Shown one piece after another: positions 12,222-26,583 of a DNA stretch of 64,000 nt. The stretch spans positions 186,001 to 250,000 of the forward strand of contig JBLDXI010000043.1 in NCBI GenBank assembly GCA_047495785.1, written 5' to 3'. The notes beneath the pieces were generated by a model. The model was not told the origin of the DNA, searched no databases, and worked only from the letters and a program-made list of their open reading frames with translations. The position numbers and the translations under genes are program-made. Each line of letters opens with the position of its first letter. The stretch's first letter is position 1. Source of the DNA: Lepidodermella squamata (lineage: Eukaryota > Animalia > Gastrotricha).

Positions 12222-12999
12222 CGTCTATGGAAAAGATCTAACACCCCAATTTTCCGATTGTTCAATTTGATATTCAAGTTTTAATAATTAAGTGGAGGTT
12301 TGCAATAACTATAAACTAACATAGAAAAATGCAGCTGGCTGTCTTTCCAAAGAGTGCAGCAAAGAGTGCGGCACATAACAACTTCTAGGCCACCTAACGC
12401 CTCAGTCGCCCATTCTAATTTCTTCTGTTTTCATAAATAAAAAAATGCGCAATAAAAGACTTTCGTAATTAATGATTTTCTGCTCAAAAATAATCTAAAA
12501 GCGGCTCTCTATCTAATGATAGCAGGTACATCTTGTGTTCTCTAAAAATGTAGAATAATTCGTTCCGAAGTCGCCCAAAAGTGCTGGATTGAAACATTAA
12601 AGAAAAAAATAATGAATATCGAACGGAAAAATTATTTATCATCGGGTAGAGAACATCATATTTTTTAAGAGAATATCCATTCCCAACGTGGATAAATTTA
12701 TTTTTCTGAAATAAAGAAAATTCCGGATGAGCGGAAGAACTGTGGCAATCTCCCCAAAAAATCTTAAATTGTCCTTTCGAATTCTTGACTATTTATTTAT
12801 TTATTCTAAATTCATAAATGGCCAAGAAATGTGAGATTGCCATTCTGAGAAGGATCTGAGATCCGAATATGCCTCGTTATCAAGGCTGATAAAATAAATT
12901 GAATATATGAGATGTGAACAGAAAAAGGAATTCAAGTGAAGAAAGAAATAAGCTAATGGGGTCGGTAAATGTTTGAAAAACTGGTAAATCAGCCTTTTT

Positions 13000-13170
13000 T
13001 AAACGCTCGTGCCCAGACACGTCGTTGCGACTTATTTTTCACGCCAGTAGTAAACAAGGTCCATTGATTTCCAAATTTAATCGTGCGTCGCAGAAAAGCT
13101 GACGGTGTTTCACGTAATCACGTGGCGTGAACAGCTGTCGATGGCAACTAGCAGTGCGTGGTTTTAGTTT
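13000..13170. repeat. Copy of a dispersed repeat family (other copies ~2060-2100, 25615-25730, 26195-26420, 47765-47970)
   Basis: Shared blocks such as cgctcgtg..tgcgactta ttttt..gtagtaaacaa..ccattgatttccaaat and tcacgtggcgtgaacagc. Confidence 0.7.
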
Positions 13171-13785
13171 ATTTAAAAACAGCCTAGCTTTCGGACGATA
13201 GACAATAGATAGAGCGTGATAGCAGTGTGCGACCTACAGGGGGTGGGGGAGGGGGATCATCCCCTTCAGCTCGGCCGGGCCAGACAACAAAATGAGAATT
13301 TATCCAACTGTTTCGTTAATTAATTTTGAGAGGTTGTGGAGCACGTTTTAGACAAAAAATTCAAAATTTTCTCGCTTTGTTCGGTGTTTAGTATAGGATT
13401 CGATGAAAGAACAAAAATAAAGAGAAATTCAAGGTAAAATGTTGGATCTCACACATTTCTCCATATATAGAATTGCTCAAAGCCATCATAAATTGTCAGC
13501 AATTCATATGATCCTGATTCAGTTCACGATGATGTTTTGCGTCGTGCATCTCCAGCTACCTGCAAGCTAATTTATGACTATTTTATACTGGAAAATTCCG
13601 CTTAAGCCGAATCAATTCGTCACACAGAATTCAGCTATTTGGTACTCATTGTCGCTTCTTTCCCGCACCTGTGCCAATTAACGCCCCATGAAAAACCGGG
13701 CCATCGTCGTCGGTGATTATTGATCAGTGAATAACATAGATAAATAAAAAAGCTAGATCTGACACTCCTGTACTTTTCTTATATA

Positions 13786-16700
13786 ATATTCCAGCACACC
13801 TATCCAGCACTAATCCAGCTCTCGTCCAGCACAGGTTACGACTGATGACCAGCTCACATCCAGCGCGACTATCCAGCACTCACTCGTCCAGCACGAAATC
13901 CAGCGCATGCTTTCCAGCACTAATCCGGCATTTGTACAGCACAGAATCAAGCGCTCATTATCCAGCGCTCTTGCGCAATTAACCTGTTTCAAATATATCT
14001 TTGAATGGATTTTTCATATATAACGTTAACCAGAGGAAATCTGGCTGGATAAGCTAAACAAACAAGTGAAATTCAGATTCTTCAGACATTTTATTTCAAA
14101 GTTCATCGTCCACTCATTTTATACGCGTTTTCTTTTTTTATTGAATATGAATCTCAAAATTCAAAGCTCGAATGTGAACATCTTGTTCTTAACATTGGGT
14201 TTTTCATTGTTTTCATTAAATCAATCAATTTCTATCGCAGTTCGCAGATCTAGCGTTCGGCTTCGGTTCATAATGTATTGACTGCGAGCCAAAGGTCGCA
14301 TCGGCTGCAACCTGAAAATAAATAAAGCTCATTATATTTTCATGAAATTATTTCTGAAATATTTACCCAGTTTAAAGGCAGGATTAAGCGTTTCTACGCT
14401 CCACAGATGTTGTAACAATCATCTTTTTAAATAATTAAGTTGGCTAATAACTTAGTTCTCTGAAATACCTATAAAAGGCTGAAATAGCAAAATCAATTGC
14501 ACATTTTTAGAAGATCAGGGTGTATCGCGAACGTTCCCGTCCCAAATCAGTGCGACTCAAATTGGCAAAAAATACGCGCGTCCATTCATAATCCAGCGTT
14601 CGAATGGTATAGAGAAACAACTATTAAACGGCTTATAAGAGCCATATGAAAAGAGCCTATAGAAACACTCTATTCAAGAACATTTCAAGGTTGCAAAAAT
14701 AATTCGGCTTCATGAGGGCATAAAATAATTTCCGGATTCGATGAGCTTTTAAAAATACTTTCTAAATTATTGTTCAATTAAAATACATCTATATGAAAGA
14801 ATACTTCATAAATCGCGAGGCTAAAAATGACAACAAAAATCTGGTCATTATCCAAATATTAGCCGGATATGATGAATGGAGAAAAAAAGGTTAAGAGCCA
14901 GTATTTTTTACAGTGAACTGGCATGTGAGTTCTGGCTTTTTCGGGGAAAAAATTCGAATTAAACATATAGAATTGTCTTCGTGTTATGATTCCAACAGGT
15001 CAGATTCCGAACAAGAGAAAACAAAGATAAGGGTAATAAGATTTCATCCTGATTTTCTCAAACAAAATTGGGAAAATCTAGGTCGAGTTTGAGCTCGCGT
15101 TGCCACGCGCCAGGATTACAGATGTTGACGGCGATGAGTTCAAAAAGTTCAACTGGTTTAACGGGTTCAACGTATTAGCTGTTCACAAAAGGCCGTATGC
15201 TGTCGCGTGCCAATATCAGCTTGAAAAACAACATCTGGCGCCTGACGCTGAGAGCGCTTTCCTTATTTCGATTTGGGATTTTGTTGATAGGCGATTTCAA
15301 GTCCTAATTTTGAACCACATACCACATAAAAAAGCTGTAAAATGTTTAACTACGAGAACATCGCGAAAACTTTCCTGCTCTAAATTCTAAATTCAATTAT
15401 TTATTGTTCATTGATATCAATAGGGGAGACGAAAGATTTAGATTTAACATCTTCTTGAAATTTATTGATAAACCTCAGTTTTGGCCCTCCCCAATCTTCG
15501 TTCTGGGAATTTACAGGGGATTTTAAGGCACTTTCTTGAGCGGGAAAATTTTCTAAATTTGCTTACTTTCTTTTCTAAGTTTTCTAAATTTTTTCGTTGA
15601 AATATCTCGCAAATTTTGTCTCTAGTCCTCTAGTGTAATCTAAATATTCGCAATATTTCGAATTCGATAAATTCCAAGTCCTGTCAGATTCGAACTGTCC
15701 CCAAGCTGTCGCGGAATATTGTGATTTAATTGTGATTTGATTGTCGCGGAATTTACCGTATTTCTCGAAAATATACACCGGGGTATATTTGTGATTGAAC
15801 CAACAATTTTATAGGGTTGTAATCGGGGTGGGGGATATTTTCGAGGTGCGGTATATTTATGATCCACTAACAAATCCACAGGACTAAGGTAAATACTGCT
15901 AACAACACGTTTTCGTTTTATTGGAGCGAAGCGTGAAAAATAAGGATGACTTATGCTTTTATTCATGTTTTATCAGTTAGGTCTAGTTCTATACGATCGG
16001 AACACGATATCAGCCATGAAATTAGTAACATTGAATACGTATTTCGAAAAGAATTGACTGTAAAATTCGAAATGATCCTCTCCCAACTTCGTTCTTTATC
16101 CCTCTATTGAGTTATCACTGATAACCTTAGGCCCAACCCGGCTAAGCCACCGGCTGATGTGGTGCTTATTTCGTTTTTATAGTAAATTGATACTGCGCTC
16201 TGATTTTTTTTTAAATAATATGGGGTAGAATTTCGAGGTGCGGTATATTTATGATCAAACAGTAACTTTTGTAGGGTTGTATTCGGGGTGAGGGATATTT
16301 TGGAGGTGCGGTATATTTTCGAGAAATACGGTAATCGCGGATAAAACATGGAATGTTCAATCTGTATCGAAACAAGCACCCGGGTTGGGCAGATTTATCT
16401 CACAAGAAAATCGAAATTTCGTCAATTTTCTTGTTAAATAATCAGTAATTTTAATATAATAAAATTGATTAAATTGAAGTGAAATTGATGTCGGGTTTGG
16501 CGAAATTGTTGACATTTTGTGATATTTTGATGCCACTTTCAAGATTTATTAACGAGGAGTCGAATGATATAAAAAGGCGGTTGATATTCATCAGGGTTGC
16601 AGAGAAAATGGGTTCAACGTTTACAAGCGAAAAATGTCAAGTTTAATTGCGTTTTTAATCCCCTCACGCTATAAATTCCTATAACTTCTGCACATTCGAC

Positions 16701-17885
16701 GTCTAACAGGGCAATCTAAGGTGAGAAATCTCGCCAGATATTCGAATTTTTCGTTGAAATTAAGCTGGTGTCTCTTGAATAAGTTCAAGTCTGGGTCAAC
16801 TCTTTCAGTGCAACTCTGGCAACACTATGCGATTTGCTGGAAAATATAGGAAACTCGCCATACCCAACTTTTCACTTATTTCAGGTCATATGCATCTGCT
16901 CGTTGAATGGATGAAAAAATAAAGAATTACTCAGCTTCAGATATGCTTCTCCAGCCAATCTTCATCATCAAAATTACAAACAAAATCAGTGACGAGTGAC
17001 GAGAGTGAGTAATATTATGGGCGGGTTTCGTTGTTGGAATGCGTCGTTTTCAGATTGGTTTGATCAAAATTGTGTCTCGATTTGAAATCCAATGACAAGT
17101 TTTTATTTTCAGATTGTCCTTGAGGCGGTGTCTGATTGATTTTGACGTACACACGCGATCAAGCAGTTATGAGTTTATTTCAATATCAAGGGTGATTCAG
17201 GGCTCTAAAATATGAAAGGTATGAGCATGACTTGATCACGGCGCGGATCCCGAAAATTCACTCATCGATTTCCATGATTTAGCAGCTCGTGACGTTATAT
17301 TCACATTTTTGGAATCAGCAAGAAAATGCCTGGATAAGGGAAGCAGGTAGCGGCCTTCATTACACAACAGAAATGTCTCAAACAAAATGTGACCAAAAAT
17401 TGTAAATGTCCATTAAAAGATTGGACCTGTTTTTTGTTGCTTTCATATGCGATGTGATATCTTTTGTTGTTGAGTTCTCAACTTTGGGACACATGCTCGT
17501 AATAAATGAATTAATCAAAATATTCCTTGATTTTTTCAAGTAAAAAATGACTAAAATTTTGACGGGTGACTTTACGGGGAACGATGGGACGATGATCGAA
17601 GCAGGAAATCAACTGCGAAGTTCAAAGTCAGTAGAAAAAAGTGACATTTTTTGTTTCGCAGGATGTTAAGTGAGTTTACCGAGCACTCATCCAACACACT
17701 TGACCAATTCGCATGACTTCATCATCTACGAAAACTAGAATTAGCTGGATGCGTGCTGGATCTGTGCTGGATGAATAGTTTCTGCCAGCGAATGGTGGTG
17801 GACAGGTATCTCCACACTTTGTCCAGCACCATCCAGCGCCATCCTCCACCATCCAGCACTAGCCTGCACGAGTACTGGAAGATAT
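13786..17885. mobile_element. Putative ~4 kb non-autonomous DNA element with subterminal TCCAGC(A/G)C arrays
   Basis: More than 10 TCCAGC motifs at 13790-13966; both orientations (GCTGGA/TCCAGC) at 17745-17880; imperfect termini TTCCAGCAC / GTACTGGAA in TA-rich flanks; no transposase seen. Confidence 0.4.
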
Positions 17886-19227
17886 AGAATATTTATGTTT
17901 GCCAAAATGATTCATCAAGAGTTTTCTTGGTCGCGTGACTAGTTTTTCACTTGTCCATAGCTCTATAAGAGGTACGGCAAAATCAACGCACCTGACAAGT
18001 GATTCAGGGCTTCTATTTCAACCCAATTTATCTGAAATGACCTGTCCTCGAATTTCGACGGGAAAAATAGGGTACTGCGGTCCGACCTCCTGCTTGGCAG
18101 ATGGGCCGATGGGCCAAATTGACTCGACACGGCGAGCACGCGCGACAATATCGACGATATCGTGAGATACCTTATCTGGGAGTATATGAATTTGGTCGGG
18201 AGTATAAGAATTTTTCTTTGAAAAGCCCTTAATTTTGGCGAAAATCAAACTTTTATCACGACAGTTTATCGAAAGTTAAAAACGTTAAAGTCAAGTTTTC
18301 ACGATTTTGAATATAGTGATCATTGATTGCGCTTTTAGCCTTTTTCATCTACATGTGAGGCTTACGCTGGTCATTATCGTCATTAGCCGGTAAATGCTGA
18401 AATGCATAATGCAAAATATTTTCCTCAATTTTCACCAAAATCTAGATTTTAATTTCACGGTCGGGAGTACAGTTAGCAGAATACACTTAGCAGCGATGAT
18501 GTTTCTTCCCTTTCTTAGGCTTCTTCGTATCGTGCGTTCTGCGGGTCGACGCCTCCATTTCACCGCTCGAATCACTAATACTTGACGAGGATGACAAGTA
18601 GCTTGATGACTCCGAAGACGATGTAGATGAAGATGACTTCTGATTACGTCTCAGTTGCTTCCGCATTAGCGAAGTTTATCTCAAAAGTTGCACTGGCGCT
18701 ATTGTCATCTACTATGTGCACGACAACGCGTCCCTCCATGCAAAACAACGTGAATTCTGCCAGATCTGGGAAAAGTTTCCTGATCTCTTCGACGAGAGTT
18801 GCGTTACCGATTTCAGCGTCGACCTTGTGAAATCGGGCAGGTTTACATGGGGCAATTAAAACAACCCAGCGTTACGACATGACAAGACTGGCTTAAAAAT
18901 CACCTAAACAGTTATAGCATATAATGAAATTTATTTCTGATGGTAAGAAGAGACGAGTTAAGGAGCTCGTCACTAGGTGCAAGCTGAGCCACCTGAGCCA
19001 TTGCCACATACAGATTTGGCTACTGCTTTTTCATTCATTTTTGCCTTCAAATAAAAATTAATGTTGATATTATATAATATACGGAAGACAAGAAGGGTAT
19101 ATGGGTTTATAATCGCCTTATAATCGGGTTTATAATCGTTTATAATCGCTGCGCCTCATGCCGAAATATAAGCCTGAAATATAAGGAAATATAAGCCCTG
19201 TTGCTGCTTGAAAGCTGGTCCCGCGAC

Positions 19228-19320
19228 ATCCTGGACGAATTCTGCTCAATTTTCGCGAAATTCTGGACGAGTTCTGCTCAATATTCGCGAAATTCTGGAC
19301 GAGTTCTGCCCGATTTTCAC
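19228..19320. repeat. 33-bp minisatellite (~3 units), preceded by short TTTATAATCG and AAATATAAG repeats
   Basis: ctggacga(a/g)ttctgctcaat(t/a)ttcgcgaaatt repeated in tandem. Confidence 0.85.
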
Positions 19321-20054
19321 GAGCTCATGGCCAAGTGCTGTTCGATGGGGTGAATCCTGCCCGATTTGATACCGGTATCGCGCTTTTTCTTCCGGAGTTC
19401 TGCCCAATTTTCATCCCATTTTTGTGATTTTTCAATAAAATCGTTTTGAAGTGTTGCTTGAACTTTTTCGGGTTTCTCTTGTGTGTTTGACAAGTGGGGT
19501 TTTTGGTGATATTTTCTGGACAAGCGGGCATTTTTTGATATAAAAATATCAAAAAAGCCTGCCTGTTTAGAAAATATCAAAAAATCCCTGCTTGGAAGAA
19601 GGTTTTATGAGTTTATAATTCGGCCATTTAGAAGGCATATTTTACGATACGATCCGGATAATTAAGCACATTTTCGTTCCAAATAAATTGATGATTCAGT
19701 TTTTTAATAAATTTTCGATATCAGATATTTAAACAATTTTTGCGCGTAGCATTTTCGCCGCACCTTTGTAATCAACGCCGCGTCGTAGTTGTGTCGCAGT
19801 ATTAGTTGCGCCGTACTAATTGTATTCTTGTCAAATCGTTTTCTAGTAACACATGAACGGAGTAGGTTCGTTGCCCTCTGATCAGATCGGGCTGAAAATA
19901 CCGGAATTCACAGTCGATTGCATATGATAATCCACATATAAACGCCCGGTAAATACTGCTTCATTTATTTCATGTACCGCACAGAAACTTGACTCATCAT
20001 AAGCGACAAACGCATTTCACTTTGAAGTTCTCCAGTATAGAGTATATAGCATGT

Positions 20055-23000
20055 TTAAATTTTTCTGTCGATGCAGCTATTCATATTTCTCTCGAAGTAT
20101 TTGAACACGTTGAAAACTTGCATCTATAAAAACAACTCTCAGATAGAAGAATGGGCTTCGCTATGTTTGCTTACCAGCATCTCGTCATTGGCGCACTTTC
20201 CGTCGCATCTGTAGCCAGTCGTCTTTGAGTAGCACAGTCGAGCATTCTGGGAAAATAATATGGTTAGAACAGTCACTTGTTTCTGAGCACTCACCCCAAT
20301 GAGACAATTGTCCTTCGTGATAGGAAAGATACTTAGCAGAGTCCTGTCACTGACGGAGCAGGCTTGATGGCATCCTGTGAATCGCCCAGTCGATTTTGAA
20401 GCACAGCGGAAGATAACCTTCTCAGCAGGAGCTGAAACAGTAGTAAACAGTATTAACGGCTAGTCGATTAACCCTGATTCGAGGCATTATCTGGCACGTT
20501 ACCGCAAGATTCAGAATAATTCGCAGCCCTGTTTTTTACCATCAATTTCGGGTTATCTACCATCAAATTAGAGCTCATTCGCCAACAAAACTAAAACCGT
20601 CATCAATCCAGGTACTTAGGCAACCAAAATGAATTATCTTTCTAAAAAATCCGAAAATACCCGCTGATTTAGGGGAAGTTGTTGGAGATGTATCCTTATG
20701 GCGTGCTATATCGTTAGCGCAGACGAATTAGAGCCTTTCCATGTCAGAGTAGAGAGGAAGTAAATGAAAATAGGAAAAAATATATGCCTTTTGACTTGAA
20801 TAAGAAATGGAACCTCGATGTTTCAATTCGATACTTATCATACGAAATGTTAAGGCTGCGAAATGGTGAGGTGGATCATTTATGTACTTACGCGACAGTG
20901 GTGTGAAAGGGGTGATCGTTATGTTGCACGTCTCAGTCTTCGTACGCGCCGCATCGATATAGCAGTAAGGCCCGGTCGGTCGCGATTCAGGGTTGCGGCA
21001 GTAATTGCTGTGATTGGCATTGAGGCCTTTCGGGAACTTGAGCATCTCGAGGTAGTCTTGAATTAAGTCGAGCTTGGGCCACGGCTGGCAAGTAGCTCCT
21101 GATTGGGTCTTAGAAACAGAGCCTTCATAGTCGTAGCCACTTGGGGTCAGTCTCAGCTCGGCTCTGTTGTCACTGGGGCAGCTTGATCGAGCAATCAATC
21201 GGAACCCTTTGCCCGGGGTCGGAGAATTCGATTTGAAGTGAACGATTGACACATTAGTAGAGCTCTCGTAGACCTTTCCCGCAGTTGCGCCGTAAGAGCA
21301 GTAACGGAAATAAGGCAGGGTGCCGTCGACTGGATCACGAAATTCCACGTAATCGAAACACGATTCGCTCCGACCATCGGGACCACTTCGAACTGGAAAA
21401 ATTGTTCATTGAGACGAGAAATGAGACGAGAATTTCAAGGGCTAACCTGTTCCTTGAGTCAAATCAGGTCTTCCGTCGAAGCCGAACAAAGTACCAGGCT
21501 AGAGTTTAAATGATGGCGGAAGCTGAATTGGTAAAACGATAAAATTACCTGAGAGCTTATAACCCACCACGTGCAACTGCTATAGGCGACATAACGATTC
21601 GGGTAGTTGGGTGATGTTATTTCAACAGAGGTACATGGTGCCAAATTGATGACTCCGCCGCAAGTCTCGTTGCCAAATGGCGGTTGCTGCTCGCAGGTTG
21701 GGCCGCCGAAGCCAGGTGGGCATTTGCAGTCTCCATCGCAGTTTCTTGAATCTTGATATCCGCCAAATTTGCAGTTGAGATTAGGGTCGAAACACTTATA
21801 CGCTAAAAAAAGAGGATATGTTTTTACCTTGATTTCTTCAAATTTGTTCCTGTAAATAATCCCATTCATGTACTCTCACTCAGCTGTTTCAGCGATTTAA
21901 CTATTCATTATTAGTGCTCCCTCGTTAGTGGTACCCTCCTTAAAAGAACTCCCTCGCATTTAGACCGTAATTTTGTTACCCTCAAAAAAATCAGTTTCAT
22001 CATGTGTAAAAATCACGTTGAAAGCGTTGAAATAAGCAAAATAAAGCTAATCCTTGTTATTAAACGATCGAGTAACTACCATCAATTGCCATCATTTACC
22101 GTTCGCGCTTACTTAATACCGCAAAATTTGAGTTTAAAATTGTGTCTCAGAGACTTTTCAACAGCGTCCATAAAAATTCCACACAAAAATAAAGACAGCA
22201 CTCGTTTGAGTTAAATTAAAAAAATGCAAAAACCAAAGTAATTAACATCGATAATTAGGAAGTAGGTCGTGTAAATGCAGCGTAAATCGAACCTGGACAG
22301 GCGTAATTCTGATTGATCGCCACGAAATCGTTGAACGAGGAGAATGGTGAATTCATTGCGCCAACGTAGCGCCAATCTTTCGGCGGACAAGGACCGCCCG
22401 CCGCGAGTGGGTGCAACATAGTCGCTGAGCCGTAGTCAAACATCACGCCGAAACTTTTACCTTCAGAGAATAATTCCCCCCTGAATAAGAAAATCTGGGC
22501 AGGTGCGAAGTTTTGAAATTTTAGTTGTTGCTCACGTCTGATCTGGCATGTCGAGATAGATATTGCGGTCGAATCTTAGATGTTGGGGTATCTAGCACAA
22601 ATTATATCTCAAATCTCAAATCAAAATCATATCGTTCATGAGACGTACTATAGGACGCCGCGGCTTCTAAGCTCCTATTACAAGACCCCTCGGTTGCCAC
22701 CCGCCGTGAAAAATAATTTTGTGATTACGATTTAATTTTTAGTGCAGTAATTTCGGATTTCGGAATTAATTTTATTTTAATTTTCAATGTCAATAATTGA
22801 AAACTGCTGAGAATTCATTTACAGCAAAATATCGGTGTAAAGATTAGTTGATCTCGTTGAAACAAAGAGCTTACGACGATTGCAAAATGTGTAATGAGAT
22901 AATTCATTGGTCAAATCAGACTTCAGACCTCATTGAAAATATCACGCTATATTTCTGATTTTCTGCGAGCCGCGGCGTCCTATAGTACGTCTCATGATTT

Positions 23001-23748
23001 CATTAGCGTCTTTGAATCACTCGAATTTACGGTTGTTGGCGTGTATGAAGTTTTAGGGTGACAAGAAAAAGAATTTTGCATCTGCATTCATTATTCAAAA
23101 CGCCGTCTTTTACTTGTTACCCTTCACCTTTAATGAATACACACCAGCATAAATTCGATTTATTCAACGAAGCTAACGATATGCATCTGATGAAGACTCA
23201 CCAACGTTGCGACGCTTGCCACTGCTCGATGGATTGTCTGGATATTTCACCAAATAGTTTCACCACTCAGGTTGTTTACAGGGAAAAGCGCAATACCTCT
23301 ATGTTGATCGAATATAGCTTATCCTGCACCGAATATGACTCACTGAAAAGAGAAAACAACATGAAGAAAATTCGAGGTACTACTAATTACTTGAAGCCGA
23401 TTTCTTTGAACGTGGCACTTAGTTCTTCCTCATTGCCTCCTTCTACAACTGCGTAATCGATACACGTTTCTCGCTTGTAAGTTTCCAAGACAACAATTGT
23501 GCGGTTCTTGAAGGCGTCACCTGAGAACAAAAGAAAATATTCACATTTCGTTAGGCAATTAATATAATGATTACTTGGATTCGCATAGAACTTGTAGTTC
23601 TTCTGCGCGCTCTCGATTCCCATCAATGAAAACTGAAAAAGGGTAAAAGACGACAAATATCAGAAATTGGCAAAGACTTGATGCAACTCACCGCTACAAC
23701 TATGACAACTGTGAAGATTCTGTTGATTGATACTGAAGATTTACCCAT
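20055..23748 (-). CDS. Secreted inactive astacin-like-EGF-CUB-kringle-Cys-rich protein, gene 2 (~13 exons)
   Basis: MGKSSVSINRIFTVVIVVA; YKRETCIDY; TIHRAVASVATL|IPQHLRFDRNIYLD; FDYGSATMLHP; EGF/CUB ORF 21459-21869; CUB/kringle ORF 20728-21348; last exon MQVFNVFKYFERNMNSCIDRKI*; same exon structure as gene 1. Confidence 0.85.
22636..22997. mobile_element. MITE with ~30-bp terminal inverted repeats in an intron of gene 2
   Basis: tcatgagacgtactataggacgccgcggct ... agccgcggcgtcctatagtacgtctcatga. Confidence 0.85.
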
Positions 23749-25309
23749 CCTGCTTTATTTTCGCAAATTATAAATAGTTACAAAAAAAATTGCTAAACAT
23801 AAAATAAAAAATAAAAAATCGCTTAGAGGAAACTGCGTTCATGCAGATATTCTCGGCTTGGATGCTGAATCACTATTTTACTGAATTTTACGAACAAAGC
23901 AAGAAGATAGCAGCCTGATGATTGATTCATTTTCAATGTAAATCATAAATCATATGAGATTTGTCCTAAGGCTAAATGGTATTTTATGCTATTTTTGTTG
24001 TATTTTGTGGTATTTTCAGTTGTGAAATCTTAAAACCGATCGATAGGGCCAATTGCTAATTGCATTTTGGAGAACAATGAGTTTAAACCTTCCAAGCGAT
24101 TCCGGCCCTATCACTATCTTCATAGTCATTATCCAAGAAAAGGCTGACGAATAATCATAATACGTATAAGTAGGGCAACCTTAATAATGATTTTCAGGCG
24201 GCGAATTTTAACATGGGCGCTACTTATTCCGTTGTAGCGCGGCGTTGCGTGAACGTCGTCGCCGATTGCGCAACCACCGCGCACTTTTGGGCGACAGTTT
24301 TATCTATCAGAATTTACAGACCTTCGATCTTCGGCTCAATTCCGGACCCGTGTCAAAAGAACAGCCAGGCAATTTTCCCTACGACGCATCGTTGACCCGA
24401 AAAAAGGGATTTGGACAGACCAGGATTTGGATCCAGATATCGGATTTTGGCAATTAAAGTGTTCAAGGATTTCTCTTGAATATCGCGTAGGTTTTTATAC
24501 CGAGGAATTATTCAGACAATCCTCTTTCGATTGAATATGGGTTTCTCGAGTGAAAAATTAATAGCTTACCTCTTACCTGATGATACTTAATAATGGTAGC
24601 TTGAGAATTGTCATGAAAAAGCTTTAATGAACGAAGATATTTATTAGCAAATGCTTGAGGTCATCGGTGAGTCCTTAATCAAATTTGACTTTGTTGCTAC
24701 ATATCATTTCTCTGTGTTTGAAGTTATCCACTTTCGCATGCGATAATTGCCAGCCTTAAAAATAAATAAATAAGCAGGAAAAAGTTGTACGCGCACGGAT
24801 TGAGAGCACGCGTACTTGCTTCCAATAGTCTATTAATTTAAGACGCGGCGTGCAGCTTTTTCCTTCCAATTTTTCTCGCGATAACACCATATTCAATCGA
24901 TAAGGAATTGTCTCACCTTCATTTTGGTACGCAAACCCACTCGATCTTCGATAACAGCTCTTTGACATCAGCGCACGCGGCCCTGAAATCTACAAAAATC
25001 TCGAGTAGAGGGAATGAGGATATCGTACCGAATTTATAGGAACTGTGTGAAAAGGGGTGGAAATCGCCCCTCCGCCCAGCTGATTTCAGGCAATTTCTCG
25101 AGTCCCTAATGGGTGTAAAACTCAAGCTTCAAATTCAAATCAAATTCAAGGAGAAAACATCAGGGAAATGCCAGGTGATTAGTTTTTGGTTTATATGAAA
25201 GAAAAACGGGGTTCCCAAAGCGAAGACAATTTTCTCCGCATGAAAATGGTGATTGGGGAAGCGCAAGGGCCCAAAAACGAGCTTTGTAGAAACCCGAAAT
25301 TCCAACTAC

Positions 25310-25393
25310 TCCAACCCAAACCTTAATCCTCCACCTTAACCAAACCCTAAATCTAACCCTAACCCTAACCCAAACGCTGGCACCCCTAACCCC
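25310..25393. repeat. Degenerate (CCCTAA)n-like tract
   Basis: aaccctaaatctaaccctaaccctaacccaaac...cccctaacccc. Confidence 0.6.
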
Positions 25394-26583
25394 AATTTGT
25401 ATTCACAAATAGCTCTCTAAATAAATCACGTACAAGAAAGCGATACTCATAGACGAATTAAGCTGACAATTCATCAGCGAGAAATTTTGCCAATGAAAAT
25501 CAAATCGCCTACTGTTGATTAGTGAATAGTGCGGGAAAATAAAAATGCAATTCATTCAAAAATACGAGAATGAGTTGGTTCAATTTTCGAAAAGCGATTG
25601 AATTAATAATTTTTGAAAGCGCTCGTGCCTATATGCCTCGTTGCGACTCATTTTTTTATGCCGGTAGTAAATAATCTTCATTGATTTCCAAATATGAAAT
25701 ATGAACGCAATAAATCGCACGGCGCATCGGGAGAACGCGAATCATTTAAAATACAAGGCAGGTGTGCCGATTACAAGGCAAGGACCATATTTACGTGCAT
25801 GTCTCCAGTGGTATCCCGCAGCTCGCGTGAATGTGCAGTGCAACCCACTTAATGCTCTCCTTATGACCCTATCAAAGCTAATAATGAGGTGAAATAGGGC
25901 GATTTCTAATGCTTCTAGCTTGAAAACTGTTGTCTACCTTAGCTCAAACTTCATTTATATAAATATAGGACAGGTCTCTTTTATAGGGTTGGTAGGGGTT
26001 GCGGGGTGGTTGATAAAAATACTAAGCAGAGCCTTCTAAATCGGTATATACGGTATTTATAACTAACAACCCTGTTATCATTAATTTGAGCGATGAAATG
26101 ACAAAAGAAAAAGAAATAAATAAACAGTAATAAGTGATGAAAAATACGCTAATGAGGTCAGTGATTTTTTTTAAATTTCGTAAAATAGCATTTGAAAGCG
26201 CTCGTGTCCAGATGCCTCGGTGCGACTTATTTTTTACGTCAGTTGTAAACAATCTCCATTGATTTCCAAATTTAGACACGTGTCACAATAAATCTCACGG
26301 CGTATTGAAAGATCACGTGGTGTGAACAGCTGGCAAAAACAGTGGACGGTAGGCAGTTTAAATTCGATAAACAACTCTTCATGGCTGCTTCTTGAGACCG
26401 GATGACGGACAAAAGATGAATAGCGTAGTAGGATGAGATGAAAAGAGAAATACAATGAAATTAACCGTAAAATGCTGGATTTTCGCATCGTTCTGATCGA
26501 ATCCACCATGATAAGATTGATCTGTTATCTTCCTTTATGACATCCATATAACTAATCAAAATACATCAGTGCTGGCCCTAATA

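Noticed and set aside
13786-13970. TCCAGC repeats or the 33-bp repeats at 19228 as CRISPR-like arrays
   Set aside because: Eukaryotic context, irregular spacing, no unique spacers of constant length, no cas genes
25310-25393. True telomere or chromosome-fusion site
   Set aside because: Only about three perfect CCCTAA units in a degenerate tract amid dispersed repeats
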